64,000 nt of DNA from positions 13,973 to 77,972 of the IMG/VR virus record IMGVR_UViG_3300013105_000004; one strand, 5' to 3'. The stretch comes from a virus. Taxonomy: Duplodnaviria > Heunggongvirae > Uroviricota > Caudoviricetes. The notes below the pieces were generated by a model. The model worked only from the letters and a program-made list of their open reading frames with translations, did not search any database and was not told where the DNA came from. The position numbers were made by a program, and so were the translations under genes. Positions 17,659 through 26,606 of this stretch are shown here, piece by piece (within the stretch, counting starts at the first letter, position 1; the number at the start of each line of letters is the position of its first letter).

Positions 17659-19025
17659 ACAATACGTACACCATCGTCAAGAGCCTGCAAACGGCTCAGG
17701 GCAACATTGCCAAGCAAGCGATCCTCGACGCCAACAAGGGCAACGAGAACTTCAAGGCGTACATGAAGGCAGTGTATGACGTAGGTATCAACTACTACCA
17801 ATCGAAGCTGCCGAAGCTGACGCCCGGATTCGGTGTTGCAGAGTTCGGTGAGGCAGATATGCGCTTCATGGAGCATCTGTCGAATCGCGTGTACACCGGG
17901 ACGGAAGCTGTCAACCGCCTGAAAGGCCATGCGTCAGCGCTGAACCCGGAAGGGCAAGAGCTGCTGGGCCTGATGCTGAAGCGCTCCATCGGGGCATCCG
18001 TAGGTGATACGATGGTACTGAAGACGTGGCCCGACCTGTACTTCCTGCCTCCGTACCAGCGTTGCTCGCTGCTGGACGCGAAGGCTCGTGAACGGTTCGG
18101 CAAGCTGAAGCGCTTCTACGTCCAGACCAAGGCAGACGGTTCGTTCGCGTACGTCGTGAAGCGTCTCGACGGCTCCGTGGATGTCATTACGCGGCAGGGG
18201 TCGAAGTATCCGCAGTGGTTCGCTGAAAAGCTCACCTACGGCATGAAGCCGGGAACCGTGTTGGTCGGTGAGTTGCTGGTCAACGAACACTGCTACGTGG
18301 ACGGCAAGGAGGCAGAAATCGGGCTGGAACGTAAAGAAGCCAACGGCCTGCTGAACTCAGCCCTGAAAGACGGCGAAAAATTCGATCTGACGAAGTCTGT
18401 TCGCATGGAAGCGTGGGATTTACTGACCGAGGAAGAATTCGTCGCTGGCAAATCGAACCGTGACTACGACACTCGCCTCCGTTCGTTGATCTACGAAGTA
18501 ACCAAACTGTCGCGTGGACAGATTACGATGATCCAGACGGACGAAGTTGGTTCGTTGGAGGAAGCGTTCGCTATCTACCAGAAGCGTTTGCAGGAAGGGT
18601 TGGAAGGCTGTATCATCAAAGACCCTGCCTCGCTGTGGAAGGACGGAACGAGCAAAGACATGGTGAAGCTGAAGATCAAGTTCCAAGTGGAGATGCGCTG
18701 TACTGGCGTCTACGAGGGTGAAGGTAAGGCTGCTGGCATGTTGGGCGGTATTTACATCCAATCGGAAGACGGTGCTATCGAGTGTGCGTGTGGCTCCGGC
18801 TTCACGGATGCGGATCGTAAGCATTACTGGGCGTTCAAGGAGAACATCATCGACTTCGTTGTTACCGTGGAAGCGAACGATATCACGCAGTCGCGGGACG
18901 ACCGGAAGAAGCCTTCGCTATCGCTTCCGATCTTCATCGAAGTACGGCTGGACAAGATGCACGCTCACGCTGATACGGCGGACCGCATCTACGCACAGCT
19001 CGAAGCAGCGAAGCAAGGAGGTTGA
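17655..19025 (+). CDS. ATP-dependent DNA ligase
   Basis: nucleotidyltransferase motifs I KADG, III LVGELLV, IV EGCIIK, V MVKLKIK, VI LPIFIEVRLDK. Confidence 0.8.
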   Translation: MNNTYTIVKSLQTAQGNIAKQAILDANKGNENFKAYMKAVYDVGINYYQSKLPKLTPGFGVAEFGEADMRFMEHLSNRVYTGTEAVNRLKGHASALNPEGQELLGLMLKRSIGASVGDTMVLKTWPDLYFLPPYQRCSLLDAKARERFGKLKRFYVQTKADGSFAYVVKRLDGSVDVITRQGSKYPQWFAEKLTYGMKPGTVLVGELLVNEHCYVDGKEAEIGLERKEANGLLNSALKDGEKFDLTKSVRMEAWDLLTEEEFVAGKSNRDYDTRLRSLIYEVTKLSRGQITMIQTDEVGSLEEAFAIYQKRLQEGLEGCIIKDPASLWKDGTSKDMVKLKIKFQVEMRCTGVYEGEGKAAGMLGGIYIQSEDGAIECACGSGFTDADRKHYWAFKENIIDFVVTVEANDITQSRDDRKKPSLSLPIFIEVRLDKMHAHADTADRIYAQLEAAKQGG

Positions 19026-19026
19026 C

Positions 19027-19416
19027 ATGCAGGCGATAAAAGCAAACCTCTCGATTACGAGGGACAGTAACGACAAGATGAACATTCGTGTTCAGGATGA
19101 AGCGAGCCGTGCTACATTTCTCGAAATACCCATCGAGCCGCATGATTTGATGATGGCGTTGACCGGCCTCGCCTACATCGACGTGAACGCTGTGGTGAAT
19201 GAGCTGGACATCGTGGGGAAGCAGAAGATCACGGAGAAGCGGTCAATCGAATGCCCTCTGTCCGGGTACAGCAAGAAGGAAGAGCTGGTGAAGTGGCTGG
19301 AGGGACATGGCAAAGAGGAAGGCTGGGAGGTCCACAGCTACCTCGGATCGCAAGGTAGTGTTGTCAACCGAGATGGCAAGACTGTCCTGAACTACAGCGT
19401 GTACCGCTACGAATAA
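19027..19416 (+). CDS. hypothetical protein (129 aa)
   Basis: RBS CAAGGAGGTTGACATG; track ORF 18718..19416 N-terminal part overlaps ligase and is discounted. Confidence 0.5.
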   Translation: MQAIKANLSITRDSNDKMNIRVQDEASRATFLEIPIEPHDLMMALTGLAYIDVNAVVNELDIVGKQKITEKRSIECPLSGYSKKEELVKWLEGHGKEEGWEVHSYLGSQGSVVNRDGKTVLNYSVYRYE

Positions 19417-19429
19417 TTCGTAGTGCTAC

Positions 19430-19458
19430 TTGACAAATTGAACCGTAGGAAGTAATAT
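19430..19458 (+). promoter_or_regulatory. sigma70-like promoter TTGACA-17-TAATAT preceded by GTAGTGCTAC
   Basis: read from sequence. Confidence 0.6.
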
Positions 19459-19492
19459 AGCGCTTCCTACCAAACAACCAAGGAGAAGAACA

Positions 19493-20650
19493 ATGGCTGA
19501 ACGTAAACTAGCGACCATTCGCCGTATCAAACAAATCCTGCCCATCGCTGGTGCAGACAAGATCGAAACCGCTCTGGTCGATGGCTGGCAAGTCGTCGTG
19601 AAGAAGGGCGAATTCACCGAAGGCCAACTGGCCGTCTACTTCGAAATCGACTCGTGGGTGCCGAACACCATCGCACCGTTCCTGACGAAAGAAGGCTACG
19701 ATCCGAAGGAATTCAACGGTGTGAAGGGCGAGCGCCTGAAGACGATCAAGCTGCGCAAAACGCTGTCGCAAGGTCTGCTGCTGCCTCTAAGCGTGGTCCC
19801 GCATTATGAGCAAATCCCGGCTGAAAGCCGTGGCATGGACGTAACTGAAGCGCTGGGCGTCCAGAAATGGGAAGCGCCGGAAGAGAAGGCTACCAACAAC
19901 GGCCCGACCGCTTCGAAGACTCGCTCGTTCCCGTACTTCATCCGCAAGACGGATCAGGAGCGTGCTCAGAACTACGGTCACATGATCGAAGCCAACCTCG
20001 ACACGAAGTTCGAAGCAACCGTGAAGAAGGATGGCTCCAGTCTGACGGTATTCCGCGTCGTTCCGGGTAGCGAATACTACGAAGACGCGAAAGCTCTGGT
20101 GCAAGGCAAGCAATCGCTGTTCACTCGCATCAAGAACTTCGTGCTGCGCAAGAAGGCTGAACCAGTGTACGGCCTGTGCTCGCGTAACGTCCTGCTGCCG
20201 TTGGAAGGTAACAGCAATTTCCATATCGCTGCCAAGCCTCTCATCGAGAAGCTGAAGAACGACGTGTCGATTGCCCTCGAAGGCTCCATCGCCCTGCAAG
20301 GCGAGCTGGTTGCTCCGGACATCCAAGGCAACTACGAGAAGGTGAAGGACGTGGAATTCCACCTGTTCGACATCTTCCAGATCGACCGGCAAGAGTACTT
20401 CCTCCCGCTGGAGCGCATTGTGTTCGCTGACATCTACGGTATCAACCACGCTACCATCGTGGACCGTGGAACGCTGCGCAACATCCTGCAACTGAAGGAA
20501 GGCGAAGATGTCGTGCAAAAGCTCTTGACGTACGCGTCGGGCGAAGGCGATAATCCGGGTGTGATGCGTGAAGGCGTTGTGTTCAAAGCGGCCGACAAGG
20601 ACTTCAGCTTCAAGGTCATTTCGAACGAATACCTTCTGCACAAGGGTTAA
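19493..20650 (+). CDS. ATP-dependent RNA ligase-like (Rnl2/PF09414-type) nucleotidyltransferase
   Basis: N-terminus KLATIRRI..PI.GADKIE...VDGWQVVVKKGEF; motifs KKDGSS, QGELV, EGVVFK, FKVIS. Confidence 0.55.
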   Translation: MAERKLATIRRIKQILPIAGADKIETALVDGWQVVVKKGEFTEGQLAVYFEIDSWVPNTIAPFLTKEGYDPKEFNGVKGERLKTIKLRKTLSQGLLLPLSVVPHYEQIPAESRGMDVTEALGVQKWEAPEEKATNNGPTASKTRSFPYFIRKTDQERAQNYGHMIEANLDTKFEATVKKDGSSLTVFRVVPGSEYYEDAKALVQGKQSLFTRIKNFVLRKKAEPVYGLCSRNVLLPLEGNSNFHIAAKPLIEKLKNDVSIALEGSIALQGELVAPDIQGNYEKVKDVEFHLFDIFQIDRQEYFLPLERIVFADIYGINHATIVDRGTLRNILQLKEGEDVVQKLLTYASGEGDNPGVMREGVVFKAADKDFSFKVISNEYLLHKG

Positions 20651-20651
20651 T

Positions 20652-21119
20652 ATGCGACGGTTGCTTAGTGTGGTAGTGCTATGTACATCATTGGTCACGA
20701 ACACGCTGGCAACCCCGCCGCACATCCCGGTGGCGAAAGCCATCACACGAGAGGACATCTGCATGGCATGGGTCATCAATGACGAAGCCCGTGGTGAACC
20801 GCTACGGGGCCAGCGTGCCGTGTACGATGTCGTCAAGCACAGGATGGAAATACGTAAGCTTACAGCTTGCGAGGTAGTGAAGGAACCTTACCAGTTCTCT
20901 GGCTACCATCGCGGCATGAGGTTGACAGCGACCGAAGAGATGTTGCAACGCTTGTCGAAAGTGCGTAGAATAGCACCTGTAGCTGGTAACGCTACGTACT
21001 TTCATAGCAACAAAGTACACCCATCTTGGGCGTCCAAGATGAAACGAATTCTAACCATCGGAAAGCATGCTTTTTTCGAATTAAAGGAGGAACGTGGGCA
21101 CACGAGAGCTAAAAAGTGA
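20652..21119 (+). CDS. secreted SleB-like cell-wall hydrolase
   Basis: signal peptide; NDEARGEPLRGQRAVYDVVKHR ... QFSGYH resembles Hydrolase_2/SleB domain. Confidence 0.6.
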   Translation: MRRLLSVVVLCTSLVTNTLATPPHIPVAKAITREDICMAWVINDEARGEPLRGQRAVYDVVKHRMEIRKLTACEVVKEPYQFSGYHRGMRLTATEEMLQRLSKVRRIAPVAGNATYFHSNKVHPSWASKMKRILTIGKHAFFELKEERGHTRAKK

Positions 21120-21693
21120 GGACTTTAATACGATCCTCTACTATGATGAAGCCAGCAAGTCCTGCCTTAGATGGTCAGTTGATCGACCATTTGGCAACGG
21201 AATGTTTAATGCCCGTGCTGGGGATGATGCTGGGAATTACGACGAGGGAGCAGGGTATTACAAACTGACGCTAAATGGTATTACCTATCAAGCTCACAGG
21301 ATCGTCTATTGCCTGCTGAACGGTAGTGTGCCTGCTGACGCTAAGGTAGACCACGAAGACGGCAACGGAGCTAACAACAGAGGTAGCAATCTTCGTATTG
21401 TTACTACCGCAGTGAATTGCCGGAACTCGAAAGCGAGGCGTAACAACTCGTCAGGCATTCATGGCGTAGGGCGATATACACCGAAAGCGGGAAGCCCATA
21501 CTGGATAGCTCAGTGGCTAGACCTCGAAGGTAAGCACAAAAGTAAAACGTTCTCAATATCAAAATACGGCGAAGGTGAGGCAAAACGCCTCGCCATCGAT
21601 TCTAGAACAAAAGCCATAGCGCAACTCAATTCAGAAGGCGCTGGCTATACAGAAAGGCATGGCACATGCTTAAAGCACGACTCATCGCAGTAA
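21094..21693 (+). CDS. HNH homing endonuclease with AP2-type DNA-binding domain
   Basis: HRIVYCLLNG...VDHEDGNGANNRGSNLR (HNH) + SGIHGVGRY..YWIAQW (AP2); GTG start with RBS AAGGAGG. Confidence 0.7.
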   Translation: MGTRELKSEDFNTILYYDEASKSCLRWSVDRPFGNGMFNARAGDDAGNYDEGAGYYKLTLNGITYQAHRIVYCLLNGSVPADAKVDHEDGNGANNRGSNLRIVTTAVNCRNSKARRNNSSGIHGVGRYTPKAGSPYWIAQWLDLEGKHKSKTFSISKYGEGEAKRLAIDSRTKAIAQLNSEGAGYTERHGTCLKHDSSQ

Positions 21694-22328
21694 CACAACC
21701 AGTTGTCGAAGGTATCGACTCGGCCGCAGAGCTTATTGCGTTCTGCGCAAGGGTAAGTAACCCTTCCAATCAGTTCAACATGGATACGGCAGAGAAGCTA
21801 CTGAACTACCTGAAGCGTCACAAGCACTGGTCGCCGTTCGAAATGGCAAATGCCGTGGTAGAAGTCGAATGTACTCGTGACATCGCCCGACAACTGCTTC
21901 GTCACCGTTCGTTCGCGTTCCAAGAGTTCAGCCAACGCTACGCGGATGTGACAGCTTTGCAGAACGCTTTCTGCTTACGTGATCTGCGCATGCAGGACAC
22001 GCAGAACCGGCAGAACAGCGTATTCGTGGATAACGTCGAGCTGGAAGCAGAATGGAAGCGCCGCCAGCAAGTAGTTATCGATCTGGCGCTGGATACATAC
22101 AAATGGGCGCTGGAGCAAGGCATCGCAAAAGAGGTTGCCCGTGCTCCGCTTCCGGAAGGTAATACCATGAGTCGGGCGTACGTCAATGGTACAATTCGCT
22201 CGTGGATTCACTACCTTGAAGTTCGTATGGAAGAAGGGGTGACCCAGTACGAACACGTCCTGCTTGCCCGGTTGATCGCTGAACAAGTGAACGCTGTGTT
22301 CAAGGTAGCTGATGTCCCGACTACGTAA
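21666..22328 (+). CDS. thyX: flavin-dependent thymidylate synthase ThyX
   Basis: ThyX signature RHRSFAFQEFS (RHRx7S); ~220 aa. Confidence 0.8.
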   Translation: MLKARLIAVTQPVVEGIDSAAELIAFCARVSNPSNQFNMDTAEKLLNYLKRHKHWSPFEMANAVVEVECTRDIARQLLRHRSFAFQEFSQRYADVTALQNAFCLRDLRMQDTQNRQNSVFVDNVELEAEWKRRQQVVIDLALDTYKWALEQGIAKEVARAPLPEGNTMSRAYVNGTIRSWIHYLEVRMEEGVTQYEHVLLARLIAEQVNAVFKVADVPTT

Positions 22329-22337
22329 GAGGTAAGC

Positions 22338-24101
22338 ATGGAAAACAAATGGGGCATCGACCTGTCGTATCCCCATAATTGCCAGTGTCCTCGCTGTGCC
22401 CGGAACGGTCGGGATACGGCGAAGGACAATTTGCAAGTTTATGGCGAGGGCAAAGGGGCGTACTGTCACGCGTGTGAGTTCACCATCCTCAGTGACGAAG
22501 AAAGAGAAGCACGCGGCATTGATGATGAAGATGAAAGCGAGGACGAAGTGAGTACGAAAGAACCATTAACTAAGGAAGAGAATGAACAGATCAAGACATA
22601 CACCGGCATCAAGTCGAAGGGCTGGCGTGGCATCAAGGACGACACCAACAAGTTCTTCGGCGTCCGCTACACCTACGACGAAGAGACTGGTGAACCGGAC
22701 GCACAGTACGTCCCTACCACAATCGGCGGAAAGCTTGTCGGATACAAGGTGCGACAGTTCCCTAAAGACTTCAGCGGTCCCGTTGGAGTTGTTGGCAAGG
22801 ACTGCGACCTCGTGGGGCAATTCCGGTTCCCCAATGGTGGCCGTGTAGTCGTCATCGTCGGCGGCGAGGTAGACCAACTGTCGGCCTACCAAATGCTGGC
22901 GGAGTACCAAGAGTCGAAAGGCTACGATGCTGTCCCGGTCGTGTCCCCAACTGTAGGTGAAGGTGGTAGCGTCAAGCAGATTCAGGCGCAGTACGAATGG
23001 TTCAACAAGTTCGACCGCATCATCATCGGTTTGGATAACGACGAAGCGGGCGAGAAGGCCATGCACAAGTACGCGAAGGTACTGCCGAAGGGTAAAGTGT
23101 ACGTCGCCAAGTGGTCCCGTAAAGACCCGAACGCGATGTTGCAGGCAGGGCTGGAGAAGGAGTTCGTCAACAACTACTTCAAGGCCAAGCCGTACACGCC
23201 TGACGGTATCGTGGGATCGAGCGGGCTGGGCGATAAGATTCGTGAAGCTGCCGGGATGAAGAAGATTCCGCTGCCTCCGTTCATGCACAAGCTGCAAAAG
23301 ATGATGGCCGGGGGCTTCCCGCTCAAGACGATCATCAACCTCGGCTCCGCATCCGGCACCGGCAAGTCCACCATCGTTGACGAGATGACGTACTACTGGA
23401 TTTTCAACAGTCCGTACAAGGTAGGTATCGTTACGCTCGAAAGCGACAGCGGACAGTACGGTACGAAGATTCTGAGCCGACACGTCGGACGGAAGATCGA
23501 CCTGATCGAAGACGAGACGGACAAGCTGGCATACCTCGACTCCGACTACGTTCGGGAGAAGGAAAAAGAGCTGTACTTCATGCCAGATGGTACGGACCGC
23601 TTCTATCTTATCGAGGACCGTGACGGTGGCCTTGAATCGATGAAGGCGAAGATCGAAGAGCTGATTATCGCTTGCGGTTGCCAACTCATCATTCTGGACC
23701 CGTTGCAGGACATTTTGGACGGTATGACGAACGAAGAGCAAGCTGTCTTCCTGAAATGGATGAAGGGCATGCTCAAGTCGCACGACGTAACGTTCATCAA
23801 CGTCAACCACGTCCGTAAGAGCGGTGGCGGACAGAAGGCCAACTCGACTGGTGCAGACCTGTTCGAAGAGGACATGCAAGGTAGTTCGTCCATCTTCAAG
23901 TCGGGCGCTTGCAACCTGTTGTTCACTCGCAACAAGGAAGCAGAGGATGAGATTGAAAGAAATACTACCCGGATGAAGGCCAGCAAAATCCGTTGGACTG
24001 GTAAAACAGGTGTTGCAGGGGAATACTACTACTCAAACGAAACCCACACTATGTGGGACAAGGATGATTGGCTTTCGAAGAACGGTACAAAAGAGTTTTG
24101 A
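22338..24101 (+). CDS. primase-helicase (T7 gp4-like: Zn-ribbon + TOPRIM + DnaB-like helicase)
   Basis: CQCPRC...CHAC zinc ribbon, TOPRIM DNDEAG, Walker A GSASGTGKST. Confidence 0.85.
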   Translation: MENKWGIDLSYPHNCQCPRCARNGRDTAKDNLQVYGEGKGAYCHACEFTILSDEEREARGIDDEDESEDEVSTKEPLTKEENEQIKTYTGIKSKGWRGIKDDTNKFFGVRYTYDEETGEPDAQYVPTTIGGKLVGYKVRQFPKDFSGPVGVVGKDCDLVGQFRFPNGGRVVVIVGGEVDQLSAYQMLAEYQESKGYDAVPVVSPTVGEGGSVKQIQAQYEWFNKFDRIIIGLDNDEAGEKAMHKYAKVLPKGKVYVAKWSRKDPNAMLQAGLEKEFVNNYFKAKPYTPDGIVGSSGLGDKIREAAGMKKIPLPPFMHKLQKMMAGGFPLKTIINLGSASGTGKSTIVDEMTYYWIFNSPYKVGIVTLESDSGQYGTKILSRHVGRKIDLIEDETDKLAYLDSDYVREKEKELYFMPDGTDRFYLIEDRDGGLESMKAKIEELIIACGCQLIILDPLQDILDGMTNEEQAVFLKWMKGMLKSHDVTFINVNHVRKSGGGQKANSTGADLFEEDMQGSSSIFKSGACNLLFTRNKEAEDEIERNTTRMKASKIRWTGKTGVAGEYYYSNETHTMWDKDDWLSKNGTKEF

Positions 24102-24126
24102 CAAACGAACGTACGTAGTGTAAGCT
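24098..24126 (+). promoter_or_regulatory. promoter TTGACA-17-TAAGCT
   Basis: read from sequence. Confidence 0.5.
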
Positions 24127-24171
24127 ACGTACTTTCTAACCAAGCCCGTTAGGGCAAACCAAGGAGAAATT

Positions 24172-25242
24172 ATGAGCAAAGCAACCAACCCAATCACGTC
24201 GAAATTCAAATGCTCGTTCATCCGTGTGGCGAACGTCTCCGAGTACGTTGCAGCGCAAAAGCTGATGTACAAGCTGGGCTTCCGGAAGGCTCGTGGCGGT
24301 GATCGTGAAGTGGACAACTCGGACGACATCCGGTTCATCTACGTCAACCTCTACAACCAGATGTTCCTGTATCCGTCGGTGGCGAAGGGCAACAAGTGGC
24401 GGGAGACGACGTTCGAAGAACTGAGCAAGGCCGTCGCGGCGTACTCCGCCGCTCGTAAAGAAGAAAACAAGGCTTCCAAGAAACGCCGTGCTCTGCGCAA
24501 GTGGGATGCCACGGCTACCAAGAAGACGCACGACGGTTGCCCGGTCGATCCGGAAGTTATCGTCGCCATCAAGATGCGTGACGGTGAGGTCTGGACGGAA
24601 CGCGCAGGCAACGTCTACTGGGGTGAAACCGGCAATGGTACGATTGTCAGCTACAAGGTGCTGGGCTATCCGAAGCCCAAACGCGAGTCGAAAATCGTCA
24701 CGCAGGAAGAGATGGTGGATGCACTGGCTGACAGCATCGGCAAACCACTGGCAATCCCAGTGTCCGCCATGTCGTCCGGTGAAAAATTCATGCATATGTG
24801 TGCGGAAATCGACGCAGGCACTCCGGGCACGAACCCGAAGAAGCAGTACGGTGTTCAGTCTGTCCCGCTGAATATGTGGAGCCCGCTGGCATCCGCGTAC
24901 GGTGCACTCGGCCTGTACAACGGCTCGCTGAAGTACGGCAAGGCCAACTTCGCCAACACTCCGGTGGAAGCGTCGATCTACATCGCTGCTGCAATGCGTC
25001 ACTTGCTGGCGTGGGCATGCGGACAGGAAGACGATCCGGCTGACGGTGTGCCGAATCTGGGTGGCGTGCTGGCGAACGTGGCAATCCTGCTGGAAGCTCG
25101 TGCTGCTGGTATGCTGATCGATGACCGGCTCCGTATGTCGGGCTACCTGAAGGAGCTGGACATGCTGAAGGCGAAGGTGAAAGCCCTCAACGAGCTGCAT
25201 GCGGGCAAGACACCGAAGCATTACACGCTGGATCAGGAATGA
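24172..25242 (+). CDS. hypothetical protein (356 aa)
   Basis: leader CTAACCAAGCC..CAAACCAAGGAGAAATTATG. Confidence 0.6.
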   Translation: MSKATNPITSKFKCSFIRVANVSEYVAAQKLMYKLGFRKARGGDREVDNSDDIRFIYVNLYNQMFLYPSVAKGNKWRETTFEELSKAVAAYSAARKEENKASKKRRALRKWDATATKKTHDGCPVDPEVIVAIKMRDGEVWTERAGNVYWGETGNGTIVSYKVLGYPKPKRESKIVTQEEMVDALADSIGKPLAIPVSAMSSGEKFMHMCAEIDAGTPGTNPKKQYGVQSVPLNMWSPLASAYGALGLYNGSLKYGKANFANTPVEASIYIAAAMRHLLAWACGQEDDPADGVPNLGGVLANVAILLEARAAGMLIDDRLRMSGYLKELDMLKAKVKALNELHAGKTPKHYTLDQE

Positions 25243-25496
25243 TTTACTTCCTAGCGTTTCTTACTAGCTTCTTGAACATTGGGCTGCGGTCGTTTCAGCA
25301 GCTCAACGTGATTCACAAGAAGTACTGGTGGATTCTGCCAACGAGCATGGTGATGGCTGTATGTGAGGCTATCATCCTGCTAAACGTGGTCCACAACGGA
25401 ATGGGGTTGGTTGTTCTGGCAATCGGCCTCGGCGGCGGGCTTGGTAGCATTACGTCTACCTTCCTGCATAGCAAACTACACAAGGAGAAGAAATGA
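25239..25496 (+). CDS. membrane protein (85 aa)
   Basis: hydrophobic, ATGA-coupled. Confidence 0.55.
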   Translation: MIYFLAFLTSFLNIGLRSFQQLNVIHKKYWWILPTSMVMAVCEAIILLNVVHNGMGLVVLAIGLGGGLGSITSTFLHSKLHKEKK

Positions 25497-25810
25497 CTTT
25501 CAAAGCAGGCGATAAAATCCGTTGCATTAACGGGATCGGCGCAGCACGAGGCATCGAAGAGGGCAACATCTACGAAGTGGAAAGTGATTATGGTTGTCTC
25601 CAGATCGTAGGGCACTACTGCCCAATTGGACACTGGCGTCCGCGTTTTGAGCTGGTAAAACCGGAAGCTCCGGTACTGGTACGCACCAAGGATCAGGTAC
25701 AAGCTGACCGTACGAAGGAACTGCTGGACGGCATCGTGGCTACACATACGGCAGGTCAAGAGGTTCCTCGTGAGTGGATCGAAGAGCTGTACTACAGCGC
25801 CGCACGATAA
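25493..25810 (+). CDS. hypothetical protein (105 aa)
   Basis: RBS AAGGAGAAGAAATG. Confidence 0.55.
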   Translation: MTFKAGDKIRCINGIGAARGIEEGNIYEVESDYGCLQIVGHYCPIGHWRPRFELVKPEAPVLVRTKDQVQADRTKELLDGIVATHTAGQEVPREWIEELYYSAAR

Positions 25811-25822
25811 GGCGGCAACACT

Positions 25823-25936
25823 ATGCTCCTGGCAATCGTCATTCTGTTCGCACTCATGCTCGTGCTGGCGGAGGATGCGCTGTTGTTCCTGCTCATCTTC
25901 TTACTGATCTGGCTCGTTGGCGACAACGGCTGCTGA
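25823..25936 (+). CDS. putative 37-aa hydrophobic peptide
   Basis: MLLAIVILFALMLVLAEDALLFLLIFLLIWLVGDNGC; followed by terminator. Confidence 0.3.
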   Translation: MLLAIVILFALMLVLAEDALLFLLIFLLIWLVGDNGC

Positions 25937-25943
25937 CAACGAA

Positions 25944-25988
25944 CCGCCCTCCGGGCGGGTCTGCCACCTTCGGGTGGCTTTTCTTTTT
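25944..25988 (+). terminator. tandem-hairpin Rho-independent terminator (CCGCCCTCCGGGCGG; CCACCTTCGGGTGG + CTTTTCTTTTT)
   Basis: read from sequence. Confidence 0.7.
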
Positions 25989-25996
25989 GTGAGAGC

Positions 25997-26025
25997 TTGC
26001 CTTTGTAGCGCTACCTACGTATAAT
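25997..26025 (+). promoter_or_regulatory. promoter TTGCCT-17-TATAAT
   Basis: read from sequence. Confidence 0.55.
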
Positions 26026-26050
26026 GGCCGAATTCGACAACGGAGTATCT

Positions 26051-26554
26051 ATGAAACCGCTTAAAGCTAAAATTACCAAGACCGCTTACGGCCAGTACCG
26101 TCCCAGCCTCAGCAACAAATCCCAGTATGAGTATGACAAACCTGAAGACGCAGCAGACTGGCTTGAGTACATGGTTGCGAATGGCTGTATTTTGAACCAC
26201 TACTCTGACGTAAAACCTTCCGGTACGCTGCCTGTCGGGCGTGAACTGGAGCGTTGTGAACGGGACTTGAAGCGCGGTATTGAACTCAAACTCAACCACC
26301 CGGCAAGAGGAAAGACCCCGGAGCAGTACAGAGAAGAGTGCAGGGCGGAAAGGGCGAAGGCCCGGATTCGTGCTATCGAGGCGGAAGAACGGGAGGCAAG
26401 GGTAGAGGCTTCAGGGTGGAACGACACGAGTGAGATATTGAAAGTGTTACTCGGGTACAATGATAGCAATCCCTACTCTCTGGAAAAGTTTAATGAAGAC
26501 TTCCAACGCTTGAAGGAAAAACGCGAACGAATTGCGTCTGGGACGCTTGCGTAA
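26051..26554 (+). CDS. hypothetical protein (167 aa)
   Basis: ATG with RBS ACGGAG; track ORF start 26024 lies inside the -10 element. Confidence 0.5.
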   Translation: MKPLKAKITKTAYGQYRPSLSNKSQYEYDKPEDAADWLEYMVANGCILNHYSDVKPSGTLPVGRELERCERDLKRGIELKLNHPARGKTPEQYREECRAERAKARIRAIEAEEREARVEASGWNDTSEILKVLLGYNDSNPYSLEKFNEDFQRLKEKRERIASGTLA

Positions 26555-26606
26555 GGAATGCTACTTGTGTAGAATAGCCTACTAACCAATCACCAACGGA
26601 GAACAC

